Positions 1 through 9,290 of a stretch of DNA of 64,000 nucleotides are shown here, piece by piece. Numbering within the stretch: position 1 is the stretch's first letter; every line of letters begins with the position of its first letter. Made by a program: the position numbers and the translations under genes. The notes under the pieces were generated by a model. It saw nothing but the letters and a program-made list of their open reading frames with translations. It ran no database searches and was not told the origin of the DNA. Source of the stretch: Trueperaceae bacterium (GTDB taxonomy: Bacteria > Deinococcota > Deinococci > Deinococcales > Trueperaceae); NCBI GenBank assembly GCA_965214405.1, contig OZ243956.1, forward strand, positions 928,001 through 992,000, given 5' to 3'.

Positions 1-877
1 TCTCGCCGACATAATGGTCGACTTCTGAAACCATCGCGTAGTAGCCGTGCCGCGCGCTCCGCGACCGCGCCTCCGAAAAGCCAGCCGCGTTTCGTTCGGC
101 CTGCACGTCGTCAGGATAATCCGGCAGCCTAAAGGTTGCGGGGTCGTACAGGTCCAAAAACCGCTGCGGCACCACCCACGGGGCGTGAGGAGAATAAAAA
201 CCTGCGATGCACAAAAAAGGCCGCTGGCTTTGCCCTTCCAAAAAAGCGCACGTTTGCTCCCCCACAAAAGCGCTGTGCGTAAACGCCTCATCGCCAGGAA
301 AAGGAATGGGGTCCGAAAAGTCGAAGCGTGCGCCGCCGAGTGGGCCTTTTTGCGGATGCGTCACCTCGTCTTCAAGCCTCATCACGTCCAGGTAAGTCCG
401 TCTGGCCGGGGGCAAGCCGACGGAAAGATGCTCCAACTGCGACGCGTCTTTGGCCCTCGCCCAGGCGCGGTAGGCGTCTTCGTAAACACCCGGCTCGTCA
501 GAAATCTCCAGGTGGTCAAAGCCGTAAGCCGGATGGGGGTCGCGGTGCTCCCGATTCGCGTGCGGCAAAAAGTGCAGCTTACCGATGTTGGCCGTTCTGT
601 AACCCGCCGGTTTTAGATAGTGAGGCAGTATCGTGACGTCTTCCGGCACCGGCACGCCCATGTGGGTGATGCCCAGGGTAGAGGGGTACTGACCGCTCAA
701 AAAACTTACCCTACTCGGCATACACACCGGGTTCTGCACGAAGTAACGGTCAAAGTTGACGCCCTCGGCGGCCAGGCGGTCTAAGTTGGGCGTCTGAACG
801 TCCGGGTTGCCGCCAGCGCCCAGCGCGTCCCAGCGCTGTTGGTCGGTATAGATAAGGAGGATGTTGGGGCGTTTCAT
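1..877 (-). CDS. Sulfatase (Cys-type), truncated by window edge
   Basis: Manual translation from ATG at 877: MKRPNILLIYTDQQRWDALG...TPNLDRLAAEGVNF...NPVCMPSRVSFLSGQYP; has the CxPxR formylglycine motif. Not in the ORF track because it runs off the window. Confidence 0.92.
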   Translation of the reverse strand, partial: MKRPNILLIYTDQQRWDALGAGGNPDVQTPNLDRLAAEGVNFDRYFVQNPVCMPSRVSFLSGQYPSTLGITHMGVPVPEDVTILPHYLKPAGYRTANIGKLHFLPHANREHRDPHPAYGFDHLEISDEPGVYEDAYRAWARAKDASQLEHLSVGLPPARRTYLDVMRLEDEVTHPQKGPLGGARFDFSDPIPFPGDEAFTHSAFVGEQTCAFLEGQSQRPFLCIAGFYSPHAPWVVPQRFLDLYDPATFRLPDYPDDVQAERNAAGFSEARSRSARHGYYAMVSEVDHYVGE

Positions 878-1261
878 AGGAAATGCACGCTTACTCCCTC
901 CTGGTTTTGAGCATGTTTAGTACGCAGGATTGTCTCGAGCATCCTCTCCCCTTCATCTATCATGACGCGCTACCCGTTTTAGCATCAACCGTTCCAAAAA
1001 CCGTTGTCAGAGACTGTATATCATCCTCCGCCACAACGTTAGCATCTCGTTTGATGCACCGTGCGTACGACGCCTTCATGCGCGGTGACGGCACCCTCTC
1101 CCTTTGCAGAGGCGCTTAACAAGTTGGTGCACCGGAAAACAGGTACGGCGACGCGTTTCTCTGTAGTCAAGTCTTTTTTAGAACGAATCTCATGAGCGCA
1201 TTTGGCAGGCTCACAACTCAACCCTGTGAGCGGCCTCTGCCGGTCTGGTTGGATGGTACAC

Positions 1262-1279
1262 TTTAATCGATTGATTAAA
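1262..1279. promoter_or_regulatory. Palindrome, candidate TA autorepression operator
   Basis: TTTAATC-GATT-GATTAAA (7-bp perfect arms) about 55 bp upstream of the antitoxin start. Confidence 0.5.
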
Positions 1280-1333
1280 TGGTAAGTAGTGAGAGGGAAT
1301 GATAGAAAAAGAAATTATGGAAAGAGGAAAATT

Positions 1334-1633
1334 ATGGAAAGAAGGGTCAGCGCCACAGAAGCTCGTATACATTTTGGGGAACTTATGCAAAGCGTCGTCC
1401 GGGAGCAAAACCCGGTTATCGTCGAGAAGAGCGGCAAGCCTCAGATTGTCCTCTTGTCCGTGGAGCACTACAACCGTTTGCAACAGAACAAAGCCCAGAA
1501 CTGGCTCGACCAGCTCGAGCAAACGCACGCTTTAATCGGGGCCACGCGCAAAGGCGACGTCAACTTCCACCCTGCCGACGTCGTTCGCGCGATGCGAGAG
1601 GAGCGAGATGCCCAGCTCCTGGATCTGCCTTGA
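1334..1633 (+). CDS. Phd/YefM family antitoxin
   Basis: MERRVSATEARIHFGELMQSVVREQNPVIVEKSGKPQIVLLS is a Phd/YefM N-terminal signature; overlaps the downstream PIN gene. Confidence 0.88.
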   Translation: MERRVSATEARIHFGELMQSVVREQNPVIVEKSGKPQIVLLSVEHYNRLQQNKAQNWLDQLEQTHALIGATRKGDVNFHPADVVRAMREERDAQLLDLP

Positions 1634-2030
1634 CGCCAGCATCGTTATCAAGCTGATTGTTGATGCGCAAGACCAGGCACTCAAACAGCGTTTTGTGCAG
1701 TGGGAAGCCAGCCACCGGCTCGCTGCGCCGACCCTGCTTTTTTATGAAGTCACGAACGCAATGTACCAGTACCAGCGCCACGCCGCCCATAGCCCGGTCG
1801 TGACGCGAAGCGCGCTGAGGAGCGCTCAAGCACTACCGATAGAGCTTTATAGCGACCTGTATTTACATCAACAGGCGCTGCAGCTTGCCCAAACCCATAG
1901 CCTGAACGCTACTTATGACGCGCACTACCTAGCCCTTGCGCAGCGGTTAGGAGCGGAGCTGTGGACAGCCGACAAAAAGCTGGTGAACGCTGTGAAAGCG
2001 AAGTTGGCGTGGGTAAAGCTGTGGCAGTAA
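1608..2030 (+). CDS. vapC: VapC-type PIN-domain toxin
   Basis: ICLDASIVIK, YEVTNA, YDAHYLALA and LWTADKKL PIN motifs; 140 aa. Confidence 0.9.
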   Translation: MPSSWICLDASIVIKLIVDAQDQALKQRFVQWEASHRLAAPTLLFYEVTNAMYQYQRHAAHSPVVTRSALRSAQALPIELYSDLYLHQQALQLAQTHSLNATYDAHYLALAQRLGAELWTADKKLVNAVKAKLAWVKLWQ

Positions 2031-2080
2031 AGGCGTTCGTATAGCAGGTCTACCTCGTGTGAGGCACCAGGTCATCTAGC

Positions 2081-3058
2081 TCAAGCGTCCCGTACCAAGC
2101 GAAAGCCCATGTGCCCGGTGGAACTGTCGGGCGTGTTCTGCGTCCGAGCCGCCACTCTATAGCGGTTGCAGTACGACGCGTGGCACAAGTAAGAGCCGCC
2201 TTTGGTCACCTTACCCTGACCCTCAGCAGGACCCAAGGGATTGACAATGGGTTCCTGCGGATGTTCAGCGCTCCACCAGTCCGCGCACCACTCCCAGGTG
2301 TTGCCCGTCATGTTGTATAGCCCATAGCCGTTCGGTTCGAAAGCGTCTACCGGAGCCGTACCCGCATGGCCGTCTTTCACCGTGTTGCTCGTCGGAAAGG
2401 TGCCCTGCCAGATGTTGCAGCGGTGCTTTTTGTTGGGCACCAAACGGTCCCCCCAGGGGTAGGTGGCCTGCTCGAGCCCGCCGCGCGCCGCAAACTCCCA
2501 CTCGGCCTCGGTCGGCAGCCGCTTGCCCGCCCAATTGGCGTAGGCAACCGCGTCGTTCCAGGACGCGTGAACCACCGGGTGATTGAGTCGTTCGTCAATA
2601 GACGATTGCGGACCCTCGGGACGATGCCAATAAGCGCCAAAGACCTGTCGCCACCAGGGAGCCTGGGCTACGCCCTTTGTGGGCGGAAATCCTTGGGGCA
2701 AAAACCCGTAGAACACGTAACTCCAGCCGAAGCGCTCGGCCTCGGTCTGGTAGCCTGTCTCCTCTACGAACTCAGCAAATTGCGCGTTGGTTACAGCAAA
2801 AGGCTCTATCCAAAAAGGGGGGAGCGTGACTTCTCTCACCGGCCCCTCGCCGTCGCTGGGGAAGGTGGGGTCGTCGGTGCCCATCAGGAAATCACCACCC
2901 GTAAGGTGGACCATGCCGTCGGTGGAGCCCGTGGCTGAACCCGCCGAGCTTACAAGCTGAGGCTCGAGCCGGGCTCGAGCGTCGGACATCGGGTGTTCGG
3001 ACGGTGGGCGTGACGCGCCGCAGCAAGGGGCGTTCGCGTTGCGTGGTTCTTTGTTCAC
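2081..3058 (-). CDS. Formylglycine-generating enzyme (sulfatase-modifying factor)
   Basis: FLMG, RLPTEAEWEFAARGG, NGYGLYNMTGNTWEW, KGGSYLCHASYCNRYR (catalytic Cys pair), GFR. Confidence 0.93.
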   Translation of the reverse strand: MNKEPRNANAPCCGASRPPSEHPMSDARARLEPQLVSSAGSATGSTDGMVHLTGGDFLMGTDDPTFPSDGEGPVREVTLPPFWIEPFAVTNAQFAEFVEETGYQTEAERFGWSYVFYGFLPQGFPPTKGVAQAPWWRQVFGAYWHRPEGPQSSIDERLNHPVVHASWNDAVAYANWAGKRLPTEAEWEFAARGGLEQATYPWGDRLVPNKKHRCNIWQGTFPTSNTVKDGHAGTAPVDAFEPNGYGLYNMTGNTWEWCADWWSAEHPQEPIVNPLGPAEGQGKVTKGGSYLCHASYCNRYRVAARTQNTPDSSTGHMGFRLVRDA

Positions 3059-3406
3059 GCCTTACACTTTATCGCTTACACCTACGCGATGCGAGCGGTG
3101 ACGGCCCACGCTCCTCTAAGAGGAAAGAGGACGTGGCAGCCGGTAGAACAAGCGGTTCGGTTACTCACGCCACTCGGTGGTTCTTGAAGATATCGGTGGT
3201 TCTTGAAAATAAACGTGAGGATAGGTCTAGGCAATAGAGAAGGTAGAAGGAGGAATAGGGCGAGCCTGCTGTATTCTGCCTCCCATATTCTTTTCCTTCT
3301 CGACAAACTTTCTCTATCTCTGGTAGCTTGTGCCTAAGCTGAGTTGGCTCGTGATATCCAAGCGCTGAACTAGATTCTGAACCGTTCAAAAGGAGAAACG
3401 ATACGG

Positions 3407-4144
3407 ATGATTCAAACTCCCGACATCACCCGCCCCCCCAAGAAAATCGTCGAGGGCCTCAAACGCATCGGCAGCGCGACCGCCAGCGGTGAACTGCGCG
3501 GCATGGGGATTCGTGACTCGCAGATTCGCGGGCCGGTCGGCTGGACGCCGGGCGTCACCATCGCCGGACCCGCCCTGACCCTGCAGTTTATGCCCCTGCG
3601 CGAAGACCAGTACAGCGAGGACGAATATTCCGACCCCGAAAAGCAGCTCCACCGCCACGTGCTCTACCACACCCAGGCGGGCGACATCGTCGTGGTGGAC
3701 GCGAGAGGCGACATGGCGAGCGGCGTTTTCGGCGAGATGATGCTCACCTATTTCAAGGGCCGCGGCGGGCAGGGCGTCGTCATCGACGGCTGCATCAGGG
3801 ATTATCCGAGGGCCAAGGAACTGGGGCTCGGGCTCTGGATTAAAGGCGTCACGCCCAACTACCACACGCAAACGGGCATTTTTCCTTTCGCGGTCAACGT
3901 GCCCGTGGCCTGCGGCGGGCGCCTGGTCATGCCGGGCGACATCATCGTGGCGGACGACGACGGGGTGGTGGTGGTGCCTGCCCAGTTGGCCCCGGACTTG
4001 CTCGCCCACGCCAGAGAGCACGCGGAGTGGGAAGACTTTTCGCGGATGCGGCTCGAGCAGGGCGGCGACTTGCGCAAATACTATCCCCTAACCGAAGAGG
4101 CCAGGGCCGAGTACGAGGCTTGGCGCAAAACGCAGGGTGAATGA
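3407..4144 (+). CDS. RraA-like / HMG aldolase family protein
   Basis: IAGPALT, FGEMM, VIDGCIRD and PGDIIVADDDGVVVVP motifs; AAGGAG RBS upstream. Confidence 0.85.
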   Translation: MIQTPDITRPPKKIVEGLKRIGSATASGELRGMGIRDSQIRGPVGWTPGVTIAGPALTLQFMPLREDQYSEDEYSDPEKQLHRHVLYHTQAGDIVVVDARGDMASGVFGEMMLTYFKGRGGQGVVIDGCIRDYPRAKELGLGLWIKGVTPNYHTQTGIFPFAVNVPVACGGRLVMPGDIIVADDDGVVVVPAQLAPDLLAHAREHAEWEDFSRMRLEQGGDLRKYYPLTEEARAEYEAWRKTQGE

Positions 4145-4166
4145 TTAAGCCAAGAGGAACGTTCTC

Positions 4167-5183
4167 GTGAAGATCCTTGTCACGGGCGGCACGGGTGATA
4201 TCGGCAGGGCGGTTAGCAAGCGCCTTTGTCACCGAGGGTGGGAGCTGCGGCTCATCGGTCTGGAAGACGAACTGCCCTTTGAGAACGTTGACGATATCAA
4301 AAGTGACTATGTGAAGTGCGACATCATGGATTTTGACGCGTTAAAAACCCAGATGCAGGACTGTGACGTGGTGGTTCATCTCGCAGCCATACGCGCCCCA
4401 AATTTGGCCCCCGGCAGAGAGGTTTTTCGCGTCAACGTCGCGGGCACCTTTAACGTCTATGAAGCGGCGGCGCAGGCGGGCGTCACGCGCGTGGTGCAGG
4501 CGAGTTCGATTAACGCCGTCGGCTGCGGCTGGAGCATTGACGAGATTCACCCGCAGTATTTCCCGATTGACGAAGCTCATCCCCGCGTGACGAACGACGC
4601 CTATTCGTTTTCCAAGCAAATGGTCGAAGAGGTTGCGGCTTACTTTTGCCGCCGCGACGGGATTTCGGGAACCTCGTTGCGGTTTCCCTGGGTCTACAAC
4701 CGCGAAAAGCATTTTGGGGAGGACCTCGAGCGCCGAGATACCATCCAGCGCGAGCTTGAAAAGCTTTTGCGTCAAGATGAGGCTGAACGCCGCGCAAGGC
4801 TCGAGTCCCTAAACGCCGAAGCCCTCGCCCTTCGTCAGGCGAGAGGGCTCGAGGTCGCCCAACCACCTTCTACCCCCCACGCCGACCCCCTATGGCCGGT
4901 CTGCGCCTTTGACCGCTTTAACTACTTCACCTTTCTGGACGACCGCGACGCGGCGCAGGCCATAGAAAAGAGCCTCAGCGCCTCCTTTGAGGGTCATCAC
5001 ACGCTTTTTGTCAACGACGCGCATAACAGCGTGGGGGTGAACAGTGAGGGGTTGCTCGAGCTTTTTTACCCGGAGGTAGGTGAGCGAAAAAGTGCCATCC
5101 GTGACAGCGAGGCACTGGTCAGCATCGGCAGAGCGAGGGCGCTCATCGGCTTTGAACCCGAGTTTTCTATGCACGGTATATGA
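4167..5183 (+). CDS. NAD-dependent epimerase/dehydratase (extended SDR)
   Basis: ILVTGGTGDIG, VVHLAA, ASS and YSFSK (YxxxK). Confidence 0.88.
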   Translation: MKILVTGGTGDIGRAVSKRLCHRGWELRLIGLEDELPFENVDDIKSDYVKCDIMDFDALKTQMQDCDVVVHLAAIRAPNLAPGREVFRVNVAGTFNVYEAAAQAGVTRVVQASSINAVGCGWSIDEIHPQYFPIDEAHPRVTNDAYSFSKQMVEEVAAYFCRRDGISGTSLRFPWVYNREKHFGEDLERRDTIQRELEKLLRQDEAERRARLESLNAEALALRQARGLEVAQPPSTPHADPLWPVCAFDRFNYFTFLDDRDAAQAIEKSLSASFEGHHTLFVNDAHNSVGVNSEGLLELFYPEVGERKSAIRDSEALVSIGRARALIGFEPEFSMHGI

Positions 5184-5250
5184 GCGCGGTACAGATGCTT
5201 TTCCTGCACAATTTTGACCTTCAAATCCTGAATCCTCTTTAGGAGCCTCC

Positions 5251-6234
5251 ATGATCAAAGTTGCCGAATTTCTCCCCCCGACGCCCTCGCCCCTGTGGAA
5301 GATGGTCAAGCAGTGCGGCGTTGACTACGTCGTGGGAAGCATGGATTTTAGTCGTGGGTTGAACGTAATCAAGGAAGAGCTGCCCTGGAGCTACCTGCCC
5401 CTCTTGCGCGTCAAAAACGCTTATGAGAGCGCGGGGTTCGAGCTCGCGGTCCTAGAGAGCCGCCCGCCGCTGGACAGGGCCAAACTCGGCCTCCCCGGAC
5501 GTGATGAAGAAATCGAAGCGGCCTGCGAGCTCATCCGCAACATGGGCAAGCTGAGGATTCCGGTGTGGTGTTACGAGTGGATGCCGGTCTTCAATTGGCT
5601 GCGCACCTCGACCACGCTGCCCACGCGCGGCGGGGCTTTGGTCACCGGCTATGACCACGCGCAACTGAGAGACGCGCCGCTGACCGAATATGGCAAGGTG
5701 AGCGAAGAAACCTTGTGGGACAACCTCAGATACTTTTTAGAAAGGGTCATCCCCGTGGCCGAAGAAGCGGGGGTCAAACTCGCCATGCACCCGGACGACC
5801 CGCCGCTGTCGCCCATCCGCGGGTTGGGGCGCATCATGCGCAGTGTGGAAAATTTTGAGAGGTTGTTGGGGCTTGTGCCCAGCCCCATGAATGGCATTAC
5901 CCTTTGTCAGGGCAACTTCACGCTGATGACGGACGACTTGCCGAGCGTGATTCGAGCGTTTGGGGGAGAGGGCAAAATCTTTTTTGTGCATCTGCGAGAT
6001 GTGCGCGGCACACCCGAAAAGTTTGAGGAAACCTTTCACGACGACGGCCAGACCGACATGCTCGCCTGTATGCGCGCCTACCGCGACGTCGGCTTTGAGG
6101 GCGTGTTTAGACCCGACCACGTGCCGACGATGGAGGGCGACCTCAACAGCAACGCCGGGTATTCCTCAGTTGGGCGCTTGTACGCGGTGGGGTACTTGAA
6201 AGGGTTGAGAGAAGCCGTTTACGCTGAGGTTTGA
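5251..6234 (+). CDS. uxuA: Mannonate dehydratase
   Basis: [44 protein letters not shown]. Confidence 0.9.
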   Translation: MIKVAEFLPPTPSPLWKMVKQCGVDYVVGSMDFSRGLNVIKEELPWSYLPLLRVKNAYESAGFELAVLESRPPLDRAKLGLPGRDEEIEAACELIRNMGKLRIPVWCYEWMPVFNWLRTSTTLPTRGGALVTGYDHAQLRDAPLTEYGKVSEETLWDNLRYFLERVIPVAEEAGVKLAMHPDDPPLSPIRGLGRIMRSVENFERLLGLVPSPMNGITLCQGNFTLMTDDLPSVIRAFGGEGKIFFVHLRDVRGTPEKFEETFHDDGQTDMLACMRAYRDVGFEGVFRPDHVPTMEGDLNSNAGYSSVGRLYAVGYLKGLREAVYAEV

Positions 6235-6442
6235 CGGGTGGGACTCCCTGTACCAGAGGTCGGAGGTAGTCGCGCAGTTTATTGAGGAAGTTCACAAGCT
6301 ACGCCCGCCAGTCAAGCTCTAAATGCCGTGATAATCCGTCAGCAAAATAAGGTTGCTGCACTGTCCAAACGTACTCGGAAGACGCGGTAAACTGTCTTAT
6401 GACTCGCTCCTTGATTACCCTTTTTCGCTCCTCCCCTACCGC

Positions 6443-9031
6443 ATGAGTACGGACCAAACTTCTCTCTTTGGCGAGACTGAAAAGTCCGAAGCCGGAACTA
6501 AGGTCACAGCCAAAGTCACCGCGCCCAACGGCCATAAGATCGTCATCATCGACGGTCACGCGCTCGCCTTTCGCTCCTACTTTGCGATTCGTGAATTGTC
6601 CAATTCCAAGGGCCTCACGACGAACGCGGTCTACGGCTTTTTGCGTTCGCTCTTGCGCATCCTCAAAGAAGAAGGTGAATTTGACGCCACCGTGGTCGCT
6701 TTTGACGCGCCCGCCAAGACGTTCCGGCACGAGCAGTACGAAGACTACAAGGCGGGGCGCGCGCCCATGCCCGAGGACCTGCCGCGGCAGATAAGGACCA
6801 TTAAAGAACTCGTCAAGCTTTTGGGGCTTTACCAGATTGAGGTGCCCGGTTTGGAGGCCGACGACCTCATGGGCACCATCGCCAAACGCTGCGAGGCGCA
6901 GGGCTACAAGGTCGAAATCGTGACCTCGGACCGCGACGCGTATCAGCTCGTGACGGAGCACGTCTGCGTGCGCGGGCTCGACAAAGCCGACCGCTTCGGC
7001 CCCAATGAGGTGTTCGAAAAGTACGGCGTGCGCGTGGACCAGTGGACGGACTACCGCGCGCTGACGGGCGACTCGTCGGACAACATTCCGGGGGCCAGGG
7101 GCATCGGCCCGGTGAGCGCCAAGAAGCTTTTGCAGCGTTACGACACGCTCGACTATATTTTGGAACATTTAGACGAGGTCGAGCCCGAGAAGTACGCGCA
7201 AAAGGTGCGGGACAGCCTCGAGGACGTCAAATTCTCGCGCGAGCTTTCGCAGATTGTGACAGACGCGGACTTACACATCGACCCCAAGGAGTGGGCGCAG
7301 CGGGAGATGGAGAAAGGCGCGCTGCGGGGGCTGTTGAATGAACTCGAGTTCGGCTCCGTCATCCGCGAACTGGGCCTGGCTGAGGCGCAGGGCGAAGCGG
7401 CGAGTTACGGGAACGTCCGCTGGGAGGACATGTTTTACGGCGGCGCGGTCGGTTACGCCTTGTCGAGCGTGAGCGCGATGGACGCCGACTTGACCGACTT
7501 AGCGGTGGCCGCGGCGGGCGGCGTCGCGGTGGCGCGGGGTGAGGCGGACCAGGAGGAGCTTTTTGAGAGTACATTCACCTTGGACGCCGCCGACGCCAAG
7601 GCGCTCGCCGTCTACGCGCGCAAAAAGGGCTACACCCTCCGGCCCGGCGACGACCCCCTGCTCATGGCGTACGTGTTAGACCCCAACACCGCCACGCCCG
7701 AGGCGGTGGCGCGGCGCTACGGCGTGGGCGAGTGGGGCGCGGACGCCAGGTCGCGCGCGGTGGTGACTGCCGAACTGCTCAAGGTGTTGCCGGAAAGGCT
7801 AGAGGGGGGGCAGCTCGAGCTTTACGAAAGCATCGAAAAACCCTTTGCCGAGGTGCTCGTCCAGATGGAGCACGTCGGCGTCAAGATTGACGCGGACTTT
7901 TTGAAAGCGCAGTCGGGCGCGATGGGAGCAACTTTGGAGAGTATCGAAACGCGCGTGCGCGAGATTGCGGACAATCCCGACTTGAACCTCAACTCGCGCG
8001 ACCAGTTGGCGGATTTGCTTTATGACAAGCTCCAACTCCAGGCGGGCAAAAAGACCTCGACGGGCAAACGCTCGACCGCGGTGGCGACGTTGGAGCCCCT
8101 GCGCGAGGCGCACCCGGTGGTGGCGCTCATTCTGGAATACCGCGAACTCTCGAAACTCAAGAGCACCTATCTTGACCCCCTGCCCAAGCTCGTCAACCCC
8201 GCCACAAACCGCATCCACACGACCTTTAACCAGACCGTCACCGCGACCGGGCGCTTGTCCTCGACCAATCCCAATTTGCAAAACATCCCTGTGCGTACCG
8301 AAATCGGGCGGCAGATTCGTCGCGCCTTTGTTGCGGACGAGGGGTCTAAGCTGCTGGTCGCCGACTATTCGCAAATTGAACTCCGCATCCTGGCGCACGT
8401 GACCGAGGAGCCCGTGCTCCTAGACGCGTTTAGAAAGGGTGAGGACATCCACCGCCGCACCGCCGCGCAGATTCACGGGGTCGCCTTAGACGCGGTGCAG
8501 CACGACATGCGGCGCATCGCCAAAATCATCAACTTCGGTGTGCTCTACGGGATGTCCGCGCACCGCCTCACGCGCGAACTCGGCATTTCGTACGAGGACG
8601 CGGACACGTTTATCAAGACCTATTTTGAGCGCTACCCGAGGGTGCAGGCGTATATCGAAGAAACGCTCTCCTTTGCCCGGCAGCACGGCTACGTCGAGAC
8701 GCTCTTGGGCCGCCGCCGCCTCATCCCCGACATCAACTCGGGCAACCGCAACGCGCGCGAATACGCCGAGCGCACCGCCTACAACATGCCCATCCAGGGC
8801 GCGTCGGCGGACATCATGAAGCTGGCGATGATCGCGCTTGCGCCCAAACTGGGGGCGCACGGGGCCAAACTCCTCCTGCAAGTCCACGACGAATTGGTCA
8901 TCGAAGCGCCGGAGGGTAAAGCCGACGAGGTCGCGGAACTCACCAAAACGACGATGCAGGAGGCGTACGCGCTTCAGGTGCCGCTCTCGGCGGAGGTCGG
9001 CGTGGGGGAGAATTGGCTCGAGGCGAAGTAG
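6443..9031 (+). CDS. polA: DNA polymerase I (Taq-like, reduced 3'-5' exonuclease domain)
   Basis: IDGHALAFR 5' nuclease start, TGRLSSTNPNLQNIP, DYSQIELRILAH, KIINFGVLYG, QVHDELV; start placed at MSTDQ. Confidence 0.97.
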   Translation: MSTDQTSLFGETEKSEAGTKVTAKVTAPNGHKIVIIDGHALAFRSYFAIRELSNSKGLTTNAVYGFLRSLLRILKEEGEFDATVVAFDAPAKTFRHEQYEDYKAGRAPMPEDLPRQIRTIKELVKLLGLYQIEVPGLEADDLMGTIAKRCEAQGYKVEIVTSDRDAYQLVTEHVCVRGLDKADRFGPNEVFEKYGVRVDQWTDYRALTGDSSDNIPGARGIGPVSAKKLLQRYDTLDYILEHLDEVEPEKYAQKVRDSLEDVKFSRELSQIVTDADLHIDPKEWAQREMEKGALRGLLNELEFGSVIRELGLAEAQGEAASYGNVRWEDMFYGGAVGYALSSVSAMDADLTDLAVAAAGGVAVARGEADQEELFESTFTLDAADAKALAVYARKKGYTLRPGDDPLLMAYVLDPNTATPEAVARRYGVGEWGADARSRAVVTAELLKVLPERLEGGQLELYESIEKPFAEVLVQMEHVGVKIDADFLKAQSGAMGATLESIETRVREIADNPDLNLNSRDQLADLLYDKLQLQAGKKTSTGKRSTAVATLEPLREAHPVVALILEYRELSKLKSTYLDPLPKLVNPATNRIHTTFNQTVTATGRLSSTNPNLQNIPVRTEIGRQIRRAFVADEGSKLLVADYSQIELRILAHVTEEPVLLDAFRKGEDIHRRTAAQIHGVALDAVQHDMRRIAKIINFGVLYGMSAHRLTRELGISYEDADTFIKTYFERYPRVQAYIEETLSFARQHGYVETLLGRRRLIPDINSGNRNAREYAERTAYNMPIQGASADIMKLAMIALAPKLGAHGAKLLLQVHDELVIEAPEGKADEVAELTKTTMQEAYALQVPLSAEVGVGENWLEAK

Positions 9032-9171
9032 CGGGTAGAGCAGGAACATCCTGCTTTGAGCGAGTACGGCCATACTTCGCCATCCAGAATGGGATTTAAG
9101 GCTGATGTCTGCGCCCATAAACTCAGCTTAAGAGCGCCGCGACCATTGACTAAGGCCGTTACTACTGACTA

Positions 9172-9285
9172 CAGCGGTTTTTCATTGACATTGAGCGAAT
9201 TCAACGCAGGTATCATCCCTTAAACTACGTCCTGGACAATAACGTACACACTGAATCCCGCTCAATCCAGATGATACCTGCTATA
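9172..9285 (+). repeat. Degenerate copy of the Uma2 upstream region and first codons (35609-35721)
   Basis: Collinear shared blocks, including ATTCAACGCA(G/A)GTATCATC and an identical 19-mer CCAGATGATACCTGCTATA (9267-9285 = 35703-35721). Confidence 0.85.
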
Positions 9286-9290
9286 GACCC

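Noticed and set aside
883..1260. Short ORFs between the sulfatase and the antitoxin
   Set aside because: No recognisable motifs or RBS; possibly decayed sequence but not supportable.
7380..7800. PolA lacking proofreading motifs
   Set aside because: A known feature of Taq-like polymerases in this phylum; not novel.
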